From Octopus sinensis (lineage: Eukaryota), in assembly GCF_006345805.1 (NCBI RefSeq), contig NC_043001.1, positions 84,816,001-84,880,000 of the forward strand: a stretch of DNA of 64,000 nucleotides, given 5' to 3'. Positions within the stretch are counted from its first letter, which is position 1. Each line of letters begins with the position of its first letter. Both the position numbers and the translations under genes were made by a program. Below the pieces are notes generated by a model. That model was not told the DNA's origin. It saw only the letters and a list, made by a program, of their open reading frames with translations, and searched no databases. Shown in pieces: positions 27,633 through 40,519 of the stretch.

Positions 27633-28169
27633 TTCTCTGTACAGTAAGTTTTTATATTCTAGCTTTCTTTAGACAGACAATATTTATATATTTCTAAAAA
27701 TTATTTTCAAGTGAATACCATTATAAAAGTCATTTTGGCATATTTTAAAAATATTTTTAAAGTGAAAATGACTGAAGATGCGGTAAATATTTCGTAAAAG
27801 ACCCGTTCGTAACCTCGTTCTCAAATAATTTCTTTCCATAGGTTTTTGTCGAGTGCATTCAACGTATCTCACCTTCAAAGATTTGGCTGCTATTTCTAGC
27901 ACGTCCTGCTACTATGTAACAGTTATTTGCGATAAAGGAGGCGAAATAACTTTTACGTGGTAGCATGGCGTGCAAGAAATAGCAGCGAAATCTTTCCTTT
28001 TCCGGTGAAAGGAGCGGTTCACACGTGATTTCGATGTCACATTCGTTGAAAGCATACGAAATAACCTGGAAAAGAAAAAAAACGGAACAAAACTCTGTTG
28101 CTGGGAAACTCGAACTTTCCCGGGGATCCAACGGGTCACAGGTGGTCTGATCTAGTACGTATGTGTGTA

Positions 28170-28513
28170 TATACTAGATGCCAATTTGCCACCAAGATGT
28201 AGGACAAGATACTGTGATAGCCTGGGCTTCCGAGGCCCACAGCTCTTCAATATCCTCCCGAAGAACCTACGAGACCTGCATGGGGTGGATGCAGATGTCT
28301 TTAAAATGAAACTGGATCTCTTGTTGTCAGGTGTCTCAGATGAACCAACTTCACGGCAGGAGGTGCAGATGAGGGCAGCTGCATCGAACTCTCTCATGTA
28401 CCAGATGGAAATTGCTAAAAAGCATTCGTGAAGTAAAATCATGTAGCAACACCAAATGGCGGTGCCTCAGCATGGCCACAGCTTGTGAGCTGAAACTAAA
28501 TAAATAAATAAAA
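28170..28513 (+). mobile_element. 3' end of a CR1/L2-group LINE
   Basis: Translation RTRYCDSLGFRGPQLFNILPKNLRDL...FKMKLDLLLSGVSDEP matches the typical C-terminus of CR1/L2-like ORF2. It is followed by a short 3'UTR stem-loop and a (TAAA)n tail. Confidence 0.75.
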
Positions 28514-28519
28514 ATTTAA

Positions 28520-28550
<31 letters not shown>

Positions 28551-28551
28551 C

Positions 28552-28586
<35 letters not shown>

Positions 28587-28590
28587 CACA

Positions 28591-28930
28591 CTTAACCATT
28601 TTACTACCATCCACAGCGGGCAGTTGACCATTTAACATATTACTGTCATGGCACTCCCACATGCTTCTTCTTCTTCTTCTCTACCAAGAATTCACAACGA
28701 CCTCGAACCCACAATAGTAAACAAGAGAGACAGGGACAGGCAGAAACAAGGAAAATGCCACTTGTATTTGAACACTGAGCAAATATCCCTTTTAAAAAAC
28801 TTTTCTTTCAATTTTTCAAAAATTTAATTGTCTTCCATACTTACAGTTAAAAATGTCTCAATGACTGAAACTGGTACTGAAATTTTTTTTATAAGATTAT
28901 ATTAGCATTTTCCATCTTGACTTTTTTCCA
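28591..28930 (+). mobile_element. PLE 3'/pLTR fragment, sister of 21865-22330
   Basis: Collinear reverse-complement alignment to the 21.9-22.2 kb copy. Confidence 0.8.
28844..28879 (+). ncRNA. Degenerate copy of the U3-A8 hammerhead-like motif
   Basis: CAG-UUAAAAA-UGUC-ucaau-GACU-GAAA-CUGG-UA-CUG. It keeps U3, A8 and GUA; G5 and the helices carry substitutions. Confidence 0.5.
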
Positions 28931-29600
28931 TATATATATATATATATATACGTATACACAAACATATTTACGTATCTACATATGATTTTCATTGGTCACT
29001 TGACCTAGCATTGCTTCCTCTTGCCATTCCATTACATTTTTCACTTCTCTCCTTGCAACAAGTGCAGGCAATCCGACCCAAGAATATATATCTTTGAGTT
29101 ACGTAAGACAATTTCATATTGTCTTGCAAACGTGTGTAGTACGGATTTAACTTTTCAATGCTATATATCTGTCAATTTATAATCGCATAGTTAGCAATCA
29201 TCGTTTGCTAAACAGGGAGTTATATTTCTGTATTGATCTTATCGAAATTTCCCTCTAATTCGATATGGGAGAGAATGCATAACCTACGTTGATTAATGAA
29301 GTTTGTTGATCGAATATCATCTGCTTTATGCCACCTATACACGCAGTGTATATGATTGATTCTTACTAACTTCGTGTATCAAGATCTTTTCGAATCACAT
29401 ACATACATACATACATACATGCATACATACATACAAACATACATGCATATATACATACATACATACATACATACATACATACATACATGCATGCATACAT
29501 ACATACATGCATGCATACATACATACATACATACATACATACACACCCACATGTCTCTATGTATATATAGATATATTTTCATCTCTCTCTCTCTCTCTCT

Positions 29601-29715
<115 letters not shown>

Positions 29716-29847
29716 CATATCTAGGTTAATATCTATATATGATATGAATATGTGTGTATATATGTGTTTATGTATATATGTATGAATGTATGAATGTATG
29801 TATGTATCTATAGCTATATATATATATATATATTATATATATATAAT

Positions 29848-29913
<66 letters not shown>

Positions 29914-30455
29914 TATATATAGTGTTCGTTGGATGGTCGTGATGTTCAAAACAATATTCAATGCCAAGGGTTGAAACATATTTATGGTGACTGCAGCTGG
30001 CATCTCACATCTAATTATTTGAATTTCAAGCTCCAGATGAAGAGAATGGATGCAAAGTTCTTTATAGATAACCCATAGTTCAGAATATAATGTCAAATAC
30101 GCGGGGAAGATGTGGTTTATTTGAAGAAAAGCACAGTGAAGAGATGTGCTAATAAGGAAAGAGAAATAGAGTCGTACGTGTTCTAACAACCGTCGGCGTG
30201 TGGTTAGTTTTATCTGCCGGTTAGCATTTGGAATTAAACTCAGGGCTGAGGTTAAATTTACGCATATACATACTTGCTACATACATACATACATACATAC
30301 ATACATACATACATGCATGCATACATACATAAATACATACACACTTGCATACATGCATGTATCCAAATATCTTTCTCTCCCTCTCTCCCTCACTCAATTA
30401 CTCTCTCTCTTTCTTTCTCTTTCTCTCTTTGATTCTTTGTTTCGTTCTCTCTTTA

Positions 30456-30500
<45 letters not shown>

Positions 30501-30516
30501 CCATCTATCTATCTTT

Positions 30517-31745
30517 CAGGCTGCATAAATATTAAGCAACGTTTTGAAACATGGATTTCATCTCGATATATTTCAATAATGCGGTAAGTTTATTCATCAA
30601 AGTAAGTACCATTACAATCAACACATTTTTGTCAACGAGTTACAAATTTCTTTATTCCGATAACGTAAAAATCTGGAGTTCCGGAGCTGATGAACACTTT
30701 CAACGCACTTTCAGCATAGGTTTGATTTTTGAACTCTTTCTCTCGCATTAAACCATCAAGGTGCTTGAAAAGGTGATAGTCGGTAGGAGAAAGATCTGGG
30801 TAATAAGCTGGGTGGGGAAGAACTTCGTAGCCAAGATTCCTTAACATCTGCAGCGCCATTAGTGAAATGTGTGGTCGAGCATTGCCATGAAGAATGATTG
30901 GCCCTCTTCTGTTGAGAGAAGAATAGCAGATTTTCGTTAATTTTGGCAGTTTCATGGCAATATGTTTCTGCAGTAATGGATTTTCCAAATTTTAAGAAGT
31001 TATAGTAGATGAGTCCAGCAGTACACCACCAAACAGTCACCATAACTTTCTTTTCGAAGAGCTTGAGGTTAGGGAAGGTTTTCGGTGCTTTATTTTGGTC
31101 CAGTCACAGCGAAGGGCATTTTTTATTATTGTACGAAGTCCACTTTTCCTCGCAAGTAACAATACGGTCGAGAAATGGACCGGTCTGGTATGGGAGAAGA
31201 AGCGACGAGCAAATTTCACATCTGCGCATTTTGTGATTTTCATTCAGTTTGTGTGGCACCCATTTGCCGCGCATCTTTGATTTTCCGATTTCATGCAAAT
31301 GGTGCAGGCAGTTTTCTGGCGAACTTAAAGTTGATTTCCTAGTTCTCGAGTGATTTTACTTGAATCTTTCTCAATGACGGTCAGTAATTCGCCGTCATCG
31401 GTGACAGATGGGCGTCCACTACGCTCACGATCTTAGATGCTCAGGTCTCCACTACAAAATCGCTTAACCCATTTTCGATCTGAATTCTCATTGTTCATTT
31501 CCTCATCAAACGTTTCGTTCATATCACGAGCAGTTTCAGCTGGATTACGTCCTGTTCCGAAGTTGAATAGCAAAATTGATCGAATACAGATGACTGTAAA
31601 AACGATGAAAAGAATATAAATGTTCATTTATTGTTGCATTTGGGCAAGTCTATGTCTGTATTGTCAGACATCTCTGCAAAAATTCGGTACAAATTCTTCA
31701 TGATTCCAAGCAGTAATCACTTTTCACTCAGCGTAAAATCTATTT
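30517..31745 (-). mobile_element. Decayed mariner transposon (DD34D type)
   Basis: Fragments give an N-terminal HTH (RNPAETARDMNETF...KWVKRFCSGD), WVPHKL, FLDRIVTCEEKW, LHGNARPH and YYPDLSPTDYHLF. TIR-like CAGGCTGCATAAATATTAAGCAAC at 30517; the other end is degenerate. Confidence 0.9.
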
Positions 31746-31863
31746 AACTACCTATTATCTATCTACCTATCTATCTATCTATATATATATATATCTATAT
31801 AATATGTACATACATACATATACTTACACACACACACAACACACACACACAACACACACACAT

Positions 31864-31898
<35 letters not shown>

Positions 31899-31951
31899 TA
31901 TATTTACATACATATATATACATGTACATACATATATATATATATACATGT

Positions 31952-31987
<36 letters not shown>

Positions 31988-32071
31988 ATCTACACACACA
32001 GACACACACTCACCACATATACATACGAAACTGCACGTGTCTGAGTGTGCACGCCCGTGTGTGTGTGTGTT

Positions 32072-32114
<43 letters not shown>

Positions 32115-32591
32115 TTGAGTGTGCGTGTGTCAGTGTGTCGGTATGCTCTAGGGTATGTGGAAAGGTAAAAGTATATCACAAGTTCATCTTTATAGTTAGA
32201 AACAGCGAATTCATTTACTAAATGTTATATATCTTTGTGGGTAATGGTCTTGTTTACCGTCACCAAGATAGCTTTTTCAATAGGAAAATTGGATTTAAAT
32301 AAGGAGATTTACAGGCAAATATAATATCTCTGGCAACCATATTTGTTTTTCGTTGTCTACTTTTCCACTAAAATGACTTCAACAGATAACGTTACACTCA
32401 AACATACAAACACAGCTAATCATGTCCCTATATTCACTGTACATAGTAATAAACACGGGATGATCACGACTGGAATACATTTCATCGTACATTTGATCTA
32501 TTGCGGTTGACCGAAACCCCAAAATACAGCCTAACCATTACAACGTGTGCGTGCATATATATATGTATGTATGTATGTATATGTTATATAT

Positions 32592-32666
<75 letters not shown>

Positions 32667-32689
32667 ATATATATATTATAATATATATA

Positions 32690-34005
32690 TATAAGGAAAA
32701 TAAGATAAGGTAGAAAATGCTAAAACATTGGATATAGCCATCAACAACTTCCTTCCTTGACATCCTCATTAAGAAATCTAACAGCGAAATAGAAAAACAG
32801 ATATATACTATAAGCTCACGGACTCCAAGCAATATATACCGTTCAACTCATGCCACTCCAAACACACTAGAATGAATGTCCCTTTCAATCTAGCAGAAAG
32901 GATTTATGCTATAGTTTCTAATATAAGCGTCAGGGACACACGACTACTTGAACTAAAGAACACACTCCTCAACAGGAACTACCTACCATCACTAATGGAT
33001 ATATGCTTTCAATGTGCCCTGCAACTCAACATACACAATCTCAGACATCCGAAATTTAAGAAGAATTTACAACCAAAAGCCCTACCATACATCTCCACAC
33101 AACTCTCTTAACAATGAAGCATTCAATACCATCACCCAAAGATTTCTACTAAAAACTTTAATCCTCCAAATGCACTCCAACATAAAGACAGCCCAAATCT
33201 ATGAAAAATCTCCTAACACAAGCTCGAATATGCTCAACAACAACACTGAAGTCGTCAGTAAAACGATTGCGGAAGACCTAACTGTGGTATATGCGTCAAC
33301 CTAATTGAGGGATCAGAGTTCTCTTTCAAACAGGGTCAACGTTTCACAGTGATATATGTATTAACCTACTCTGGGTGTCGAGAGCCATATATAAGTCAAA
33401 CCAGAAACGGTTAACGTCAAAGGATGGCTCTGAACAGATCCCAAATCAAAATTCCGAAAAACAAAAATAGCATTCAGCGAACGCAATAACAAACAACCCA
33501 GCTTCAGAATTTTAACCTTCTATCAATTCAGGGACGATACAACCTGTAGCCAGCACATTAGTACAGAGTCATTCTTTATCACAAAATACGAACCCCTTTT
33601 GAATGCACCTACCTCAAATGACAATATCACCAACGTCTTAGAATAACACCCAAGGAAATATCAACAACGATATATTCAAAACAGACACTTCAATCATTAC
33701 TATTACAACCACAACGGATCACTTTTAGGATACATGACGATTTAATAGTATTCCACCAACATGCTGCTACTGTCATATTACTCCCGCATTCTTCTTCTTC
33801 TTCTTCTTCTTCTTCGCCACCTCCTTTCTCTACTACTACTGCTGCTTAAATAATCAAAGACAAGAATTCATATCAACCTAGCTGCTGCTAACTACCTAGA
33901 ATCCACAAGAGTTAAAAAGAGAGACAGAGACAGACCGAAAAAAGGAAAAGGTCCTTTGCATTTGAAAACTGGAAATATTTAAAAAAAAATTCTCATTTAA
34001 TTTTT
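32690..34005 (+). mobile_element. 5'-truncated Penelope-like retroelement (RT thumb + GIY-YIG), decayed, with an inverted pLTR tip at its 5' end
   Basis: FLDILIK..YKLTDSKQYIPFNSCHSKHT..NVPFNLAERI (PLE RT C-terminal region) and VIYVLTYSGCREPYISQT at 33349-33403 (GIY-YIG). The 3' part resembles 28.6-28.8 kb, and 32694-32725 is the reverse complement of that family's 3' tip. Confidence 0.8.
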
Positions 34006-35204
34006 CCACAATAACGCATACATTTCCACAATTCTCAACCGATTTTCACTAAACTTTACACACACATTACATATGTACCACACACATTACTTATGAATTA
34101 TAACATTTTGCCCTGAGCTCCCGCGTAAATGGATAAATTGGGAAAAACGGTGGTTTACAATCCGTTGTATGTACATAGTCTTTTTGTATGTAGGGTCTTC
34201 TATACATTTTTAATCTATTTGATCGCATATTGGCATTAGAAAATATTTTAGTTCTTGTTTGATTTATTATTTATTTATATGTTGTAACTGTGTATTATTA
34301 CTTGGTTAGAGAATATCGTAAAAGTGAAAGGATTTTGGCTTCTTTGTTTATTTCAAATGTCCGCCTAAGACGGTGATTAAATTGACTAGGTACACTGTAC
34401 GCGATCAATATCCAATACCAAACAATCTTAATCTCCATATTTAAACTGCATTAAACTTTGGCAAGCTTATCTTTACTTATTCTGAGTTACTTGAAGGGTG
34501 ACGTTCCCTTCCCAGTTTTCTGTTTGTTGATACCTTTTTCCCTTTAAGGATGCTTATTTACCCATCCATTATTATATTTCGAACGCAACAACTTTTCACT
34601 GCGAGCTAAAGATGCAAAGAAGTATTCGTGAACTGAAGTCAAACTCTTCATGTCTTCATTTTTCGTTAACTGAAGTCAGTTTCAGAGTGGTCGTACACTG
34701 TAAACAGGTAGCTAATACATTCCTTTAGCTCTACATTTTAAAGTAGGTATTATATTACCATTTTTAAACATACCAATCATACTTCTCTCCGAAATAATAA
34801 TTCCATTTAATGTTGAATAAAATAAATTCACAGAGGGGAACTTTCAACGACTTCCTTCAATTTCTTTACACCGTTTTTCTGACAACAAATTTGTAACAAC
34901 GAATTTCGGACGAGAAATTTCGCTTTCATGTAATATAACTATATTTTCTAGTCATTATATGTAATGTACTCCCAAAACACTTCAGTAGCTCTACTTCGCA
35001 CCGCTTGCAAACTTATATATTCTATGTTCCTTAGAGTGCAAAGACCTACAAAATAGCCAGTTTTCAATTTGGCTTTCTGTTCCAAGTTAATCGGAAAAAT
35101 AGATTGCCGTGCTACTCATTAACCTTCTCGGTAGTTCAATTATTTGGTGAAAAAAATATCACCAAAGCAAATTAAACCGTGCAAACTACGGGTGTGTCTG
35201 CTAG
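34005..35204 (+). mobile_element. Non-autonomous Helitron (5' boundary uncertain)
   Basis: 3' hairpin CCGTgcaaactACGG followed by CTAG (35201-35204) and then T. Confidence 0.6.
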
Positions 35205-35560
35205 TATATATATAATAGATATATATTATATATATATATATATATATACATAACGTACATACATGCATATATCTGTATATATATGTACACACACACCTAT
35301 AATATATTATTATATTATATAATATATATATATGTATATATAATTATGTGAAATAGAAAGAGTGAATAATCTTGTAGTAGATTAATCAAAAGTTTAACCG
35401 ATACCTTAGTAGCAAAAATCACAGCAGTGAACAGCACGGTTGGAGGTACACCCATCGGCGTTGCAACCGTGCGTTGGTGCGGATAATTGAAATTAAAACA
35501 TTATTGGTGAATTGAAGAAATGGAGCTGAACGCAGATTGAACAGAAATCGTTTTATTTCA

Positions 35561-35640
35561 TTCTACACGTGTTTCGAAAGGCACAAATTACCAAAATCCG
35601 ATTGAATAATGGTACCATATTGTGTCTTTCTCTTCAGGAA
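35561..35640 (-). ncRNA. Intact-looking minimal type I hammerhead ribozyme (left arm)
   Basis: UUC-CUGAAGA-GAAAG.a.CACAA...UUGUG.c.CUUUC-GAAA-CACGUG-UA-GAA. Canonical core, GUA triplet, palindromic helix III ACACGUGU. Confidence 0.8.
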
Positions 35641-36605
35641 GAAAAAAGGAAATCCGTTGGAAAAACAAAAACAGAACAGAGGCAGGAGCAAAAAACAAAT
35701 CGAACTGTGCTCCTAAGAGCCCATGGCGAACTGTTTATCAGTGTATGTTGAGGACCGGTGGCTGAAGAATTCAACAGGTCAGGCATCGGTCAAACATGTG
35801 GGTTAGGGTGTATAGATGTTCTTTGTGACCGAGAAAAAGTTCTGACTATTTAAAGAATATTGGATGTTTTATAAGGGGCGAGAAAAAATCTACTTAGAGA
35901 CGTGTGTGTGTGTATACTGTTCTATATATGTGTGTGTTGGCGTAGGGGTAGAAAACATTTTTTGTGTACGTGTGGCGTTTGATCGTTCGGCTGTCAGTGG
36001 CTACTGCCGTGATAACCGTTGGGTGGCAGAAAGAAAAAAATAAAGAAATTATATATATATATTTTATGTTTTATGTGTGTGTGTGTGTGTTCATCTAAGC
36101 CTACCTTGACAAGGAAACCCCCCGCTGTGAAAAAACAAGCCCCGTTTGTCTTACAGGAGTAATTTCCCTTGCAGTGGTTAATGTGTAGATATCTTAAAAT
36201 CTATTTCAGAATTTGTTACCAAGGCTATGGGTGCCGGTCTTATTTATAAACTCTATTTAAAGGCCAGATAAGTGTAACGCCGCCAATGGGGGCATCGAAA
36301 AGCCGACTGTAAGAGCCCGTTTACCATCCGGCCTCTGGCAAACAAAATATGGAGAGTTCGGAGACACAAAGGTTGCACTGTCTTCTGCCCCTGTCAAATG
36401 GGAGGGCCACCGACAAAATTGACCATTCCAGCCTATAGCTTAAGTTCGCATCCTTCAGTCGCCATATTAGCTTACTGAGTCCCGTGGTCTGGCGCTTGTT
36501 CACGTCCGAAAAGTTGCGTAATGGTTGGAGACACGCAAAGACAATCTTGAGGACGATGCCCCTATATAAGTGAAGGCATCTGAGTCCGTGTAAACCTTGC
36601 ATTGG

Positions 36606-36903
36606 TAGACGGCGTCTACCAATGCAAGGTTTACACGGACTCAGATGCCTTCACTTATATAGGGGCATCGTCCTCAAGATTGTCTTTGCGTGTCTCCAAC
36701 CATTACGCAACTTTCGGGACGTGAACAAGCGCCAGACCACGGGACTCAGTAAGCTAATATGGCGACTGAAGGATGCGAACTTAAGCTATATGCTGGAATG
36801 GTCAATTTTGTCGGTGGCCCTCCCATTTGATAGGGGCAAAGACAGTGCAACCTTTGTGTCTCCGAACTCTTCCATATTTTGTTTGCCAGAGGCCGGATGG
36901 TAA
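36606..36903 (+). pseudogene. Frameshifted PLE GIY-YIG endonuclease remnant (mirror copy on - strand, 36321-36618)
   Basis: VDGVYQCKV..TYIGASSSRLSLRVSNHYATF / DVNKRQTTGLSKLIWRLKDANLSY.LEWSIL..ALPF..R.CNLC..E is the layout of PLE GIY-YIG domains with the C-terminal CxxC. Confidence 0.8.
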
Positions 36904-37574
36904 ACGGGCTCTTACAGTCGGCTTTTCGATGCCCCCATTGGCGGCGTTACACTTATCTGGCCTTTAAATAGCGTTTATAAATAAGACCGGCACCCATAGC
37001 CTTGGTAACAAATTCTGAAATAGATTTTAAGATATCTACAATTAACCACTGCAAGGGAAATTACTCCTGTAGACAAACGGGGCTTGTTTTTTCACAGCGG
37101 GGGTTTCCTTGTCAAGGTAGGCTTAGATGAACACACACACACACCATAAAACATAAAATATATATATATAATTTCTTTATTTTTTCTTTCTGCCACCCAA
37201 CGGTTATCACGGCAGTAGCCACTGACAGCCGAACGATCAACGCACACACGTACACAAAAAATGTTTTCTACCCCTACGCCAACACACACATATATAGAAC
37301 AGTATACACACACACACGTCTCTAAGTAGATTTTTTCTCGCCCCTTATAAAACATCCAATATTCTTTAAATAGTCAGAACTTTATTCTCGTCACAAAGAA
37401 CATCTATACACCCTAACCCACATGTTGACCGATGCCTGACCTGTTGAATTCTTCAGCCCCGGTCCTCAACATACACTGATAACAGTTTCGCCATGGGCTC
37501 TAGGAGCACAGTTCGATTTGTTTTTTGCTCTGCCTCTGTTCTGTTTTTGTTTTTCCAACGGATTTCCTTTTTTC

Positions 37575-37649
37575 TTCCTGAAGAGAGACACAATATGGTC
37601 CCATTTCAATCGGATTTTGGAATTTGTGCCTTTCGAAACACGTGTAGAA
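37575..37649 (+). ncRNA. Minimal type I hammerhead ribozyme (right arm; helix II lacks 2 nt)
   Basis: CUGAAGA at 37578-37584, GAAA at 37635-37638, predicted cleavage after GUA at 37646. Confidence 0.75.
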
Positions 37650-37719
37650 TGAAATAAAACGATTTCTGTTCAATCTGCGTTCAGCTCCATTTCTTCAATT
37701 CACCAATAATGTTTATATG

Positions 37720-37770
<51 letters not shown>

Positions 37771-37808
37771 TATATATATATTATATATATATAGTATATA
37801 TATATATA

Positions 37809-38670
37809 TGAGGGGGTATCCTAAAGAACAGGAATTTCGCGGATATTATTTATTCACTTGGTTTTATATGTTTATACTTTTACTGCTTTCAAAGTATTCT
37901 CCAATTGAAGCGAGTTCTTGGTCCAGACACGTTTTCCGCTGTTCGAAGCGGTTCTGGAACTCTTACGATATGATGCCTTTTAACGCCTCTGTCTTTTTTT
38001 TCTTCACCTCGTCCACATCTGCGAAACGTTTTCCTTTAAGGACATTTTAAATCGGGAGAACAAAGAAAGTTGCAGGGAGCAAGATCAGGCGAAAAGGGAG
38101 GGTGTTTAAGCAGGGTCATTCCATATTTGGTTAAAAACTCTCACACTGAAGGTGGTGTGCGCAGGTGCATTGTCGTGATGAAAGCACCATTTTCCACGTT
38201 GCCACAGGTCAGAGTGTTTTCGTTAAACTGCGTCCCGCAAACGCATCAAAAGTGCCAAGTAACATGTCTGGTTAACAGTTTGACCAGAGGTAATAACTTC
38301 TGTGAGGAGAATTTCTTTCACACTGATGAAACAAATCAGCAACATCTTGACATTGGACTTCACCTTTTGAGGAGTGGTGACATTGAATGCTTCCATTGAC
38401 TCGATTGCTGCTACGTTTCCGAGTCGTAGTCGTAGCACCAACTTTCGTCACCAGTAGCGATCTTCGAAAAAAAGTTCCGGATCATCTTCCAACTGTTCTT
38501 TCAGTTCATGATAATCATTCAGTCGTGACTGCTTTTGATCTTCCGTGAGCAAAATTGTGTTAAATTTTGCTGCAACTCTCATTCACAATTCCTCGCTCAA
38601 AATTTGTCGGCAGTGACTCCAGGACACTTCAGTCATGTCAGCAAGTTCGTCAATTGTTCCGTGGCGGTTC
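37809..38670 (-). mobile_element. Decayed mariner transposon, 3' half
   Basis: MLICFIS.K...GQTVNQTCYLALLMRLRDAV, HHDNAPAHT and HPPFSPDLAPCNF motifs; TIR-like TGAGGGGGTATCC at 37809. Confidence 0.85.
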
Positions 38671-38849
38671 TCCAAGTTGATTTTTTAAAAGATATTTTAT
38701 CTTAAAAGTATCTTAACACTATTGGTAAGGTGTGTTACTGTAAAAGCTAGGTGGTATTTGATCAATTGTTAACATATGAATTAATCAATTGGCATTATTT
38801 CGACATTAAAATTTTAAATTGTTTAATCAAATTTTGATGCTGTTGTGAG

Positions 38850-39850
38850 CAACTGTGACAAAATGGCAGAGATACGGTTGTTGTTTTCAAAACGTAAGCC
38901 TATTTCAATGTGTTATTTCAAATTTGATAATGTTTTTGAAGTTCAAGGTCAGGAAAGGCGTGAGTTTGTCATAAAACCTTCAACATGCCTGACAATTTTA
39001 CGGAATCGTAAGTTCGAAAAACGTGGTACCGTCTCTGATGTGCCGAAGGGAAAATACGGCAGACCTCTTACAGCGACAAGGGCTGCTGCCTTGGTTATTG
39101 TTTTGAAACATTTCACACGCTCGCCAAAGAAGTCTACCCCGTAATGTGTACGCAATAGAGGAATAAGCAGTACAAGCATACATCACATTCTTAAAAGAAC
39201 TAAGTGGAAGGTTTACACCCCAGGATTAATGCATGCAATTAATGATGGCGATCCTGATCAAAGAAACGAGTTTTGTGGATGGTTCCAAAACACTGTAGGC
39301 AGGGATGAAGCTTTGGTGAGAACGATTAATTGGAACAATTTAAGCTAAACAGAACACTGAACTAACTTAATTATGTTTACTGGGTACCAGAAAATTCTTT
39401 CCTGCATCGAAGTGGTCAATCTAATAGGGTTCGATGTTTGGTGTGAAGTGTCATCATAAACTTTAATAGAAGAATTTTTCTTTGAAGGTACTGTTACTGG
39501 TCAAGCGAACTTATACATGCTACACGCATTCATTTTACTTGCCATATATGCACTTTATGATGAATTTTTCTTTCAGCAAGATAGTGTATTGTCACACTAC
39601 TGCCGAGACACAATAGCTGACCTGGGTGAAAGTTTGCAAGGACATGGACTAGGACGAAGAGGTGAATTTGCTTTCTCCATTCCTCCTCCTGATTTAACAC
39701 ATGCTGACTATTACTTATGGGGGCATCCTAAAGGATGTCATGTGTGGCAGAAAGGCAGCTACAGTCATGGCCTTTAGGGAAGAAATTGAAACATACGCAA
39801 GCAGCGGTTTGCCGTATAAAGTATCTGGACGCTAATTGCCACCACTTTGG
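38850..39850 (+). mobile_element. Decayed Tc1/mariner-superfamily transposase (maT/rosa-like DDD type)
   Basis: KFEKRGTVSD.PKGKYGRP (HTH), HFTRSPKKST, GDPDQR.EFCGWF, FEGTVTG, FFFQQDS, and PPDLT.ADYYLWG.PKG. Confidence 0.8.
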
Positions 39851-40186
39851 GGTTAAATATGACTTGTATTAATCTCTCGATGTCAGAATATATTCAATAT
39901 TAAAATAGTTCTGAGAGAAACTGGAAGAAACACGTCTTATACATGTATCAATGACTGTGTCCTTGTGTTTGTGCCCAACCAGCGCTTGACAACCAGTGTT
40001 GATTTGTCTATGTTGCCTTAACATGTGTCTTCGGCATAAGACACCAATAGAATATGTACCTAGCTTGAAAAAAGTACTGGGGTCGATTCTTTCGACAAAA
40101 CATACTTTAAGGCGGTGCCTTAAATATATACCTCTCTCTATATATCTACCTATCTACCTCTGTTTTATCTACCCATATATATATAT

Positions 40187-40231
<45 letters not shown>

Positions 40232-40472
40232 TACACACACACATACACATTGACTTTTCAATATGTTATATCTAAGATAATATATACGCACTTATTCATA
40301 GAAGCATAGATATATGTGTGTTTTTGCGTATGCATGTAATTTTGCATAAATGTATGTATATTTGTTCTATTGATTACTTCTATGTGTGCATAGTGGACTG
40401 CGTTTGTACTTTTAGCTATGAACATACGTATGTTGTTTTGCGTTGGCGTGTGTGTGTGATGTATGCGCGTGC

Positions 40473-40519
<47 letters not shown>

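Larger units (their letters stand above)
35496..37714. repeat. Near-perfect 2.2-kb palindrome (arms 35496-36611 and 36613-37714; 1-nt centre at 36612) made from a PLE endonuclease + pLTR fragment
   Basis: The centre reads GCATTGGTAGACG-G-CGTCTACCAATGC. The mirror ORFs 36321-36602 (-) and 36622-36903 (+) have coordinates symmetric about 36612. Confidence 0.95.
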
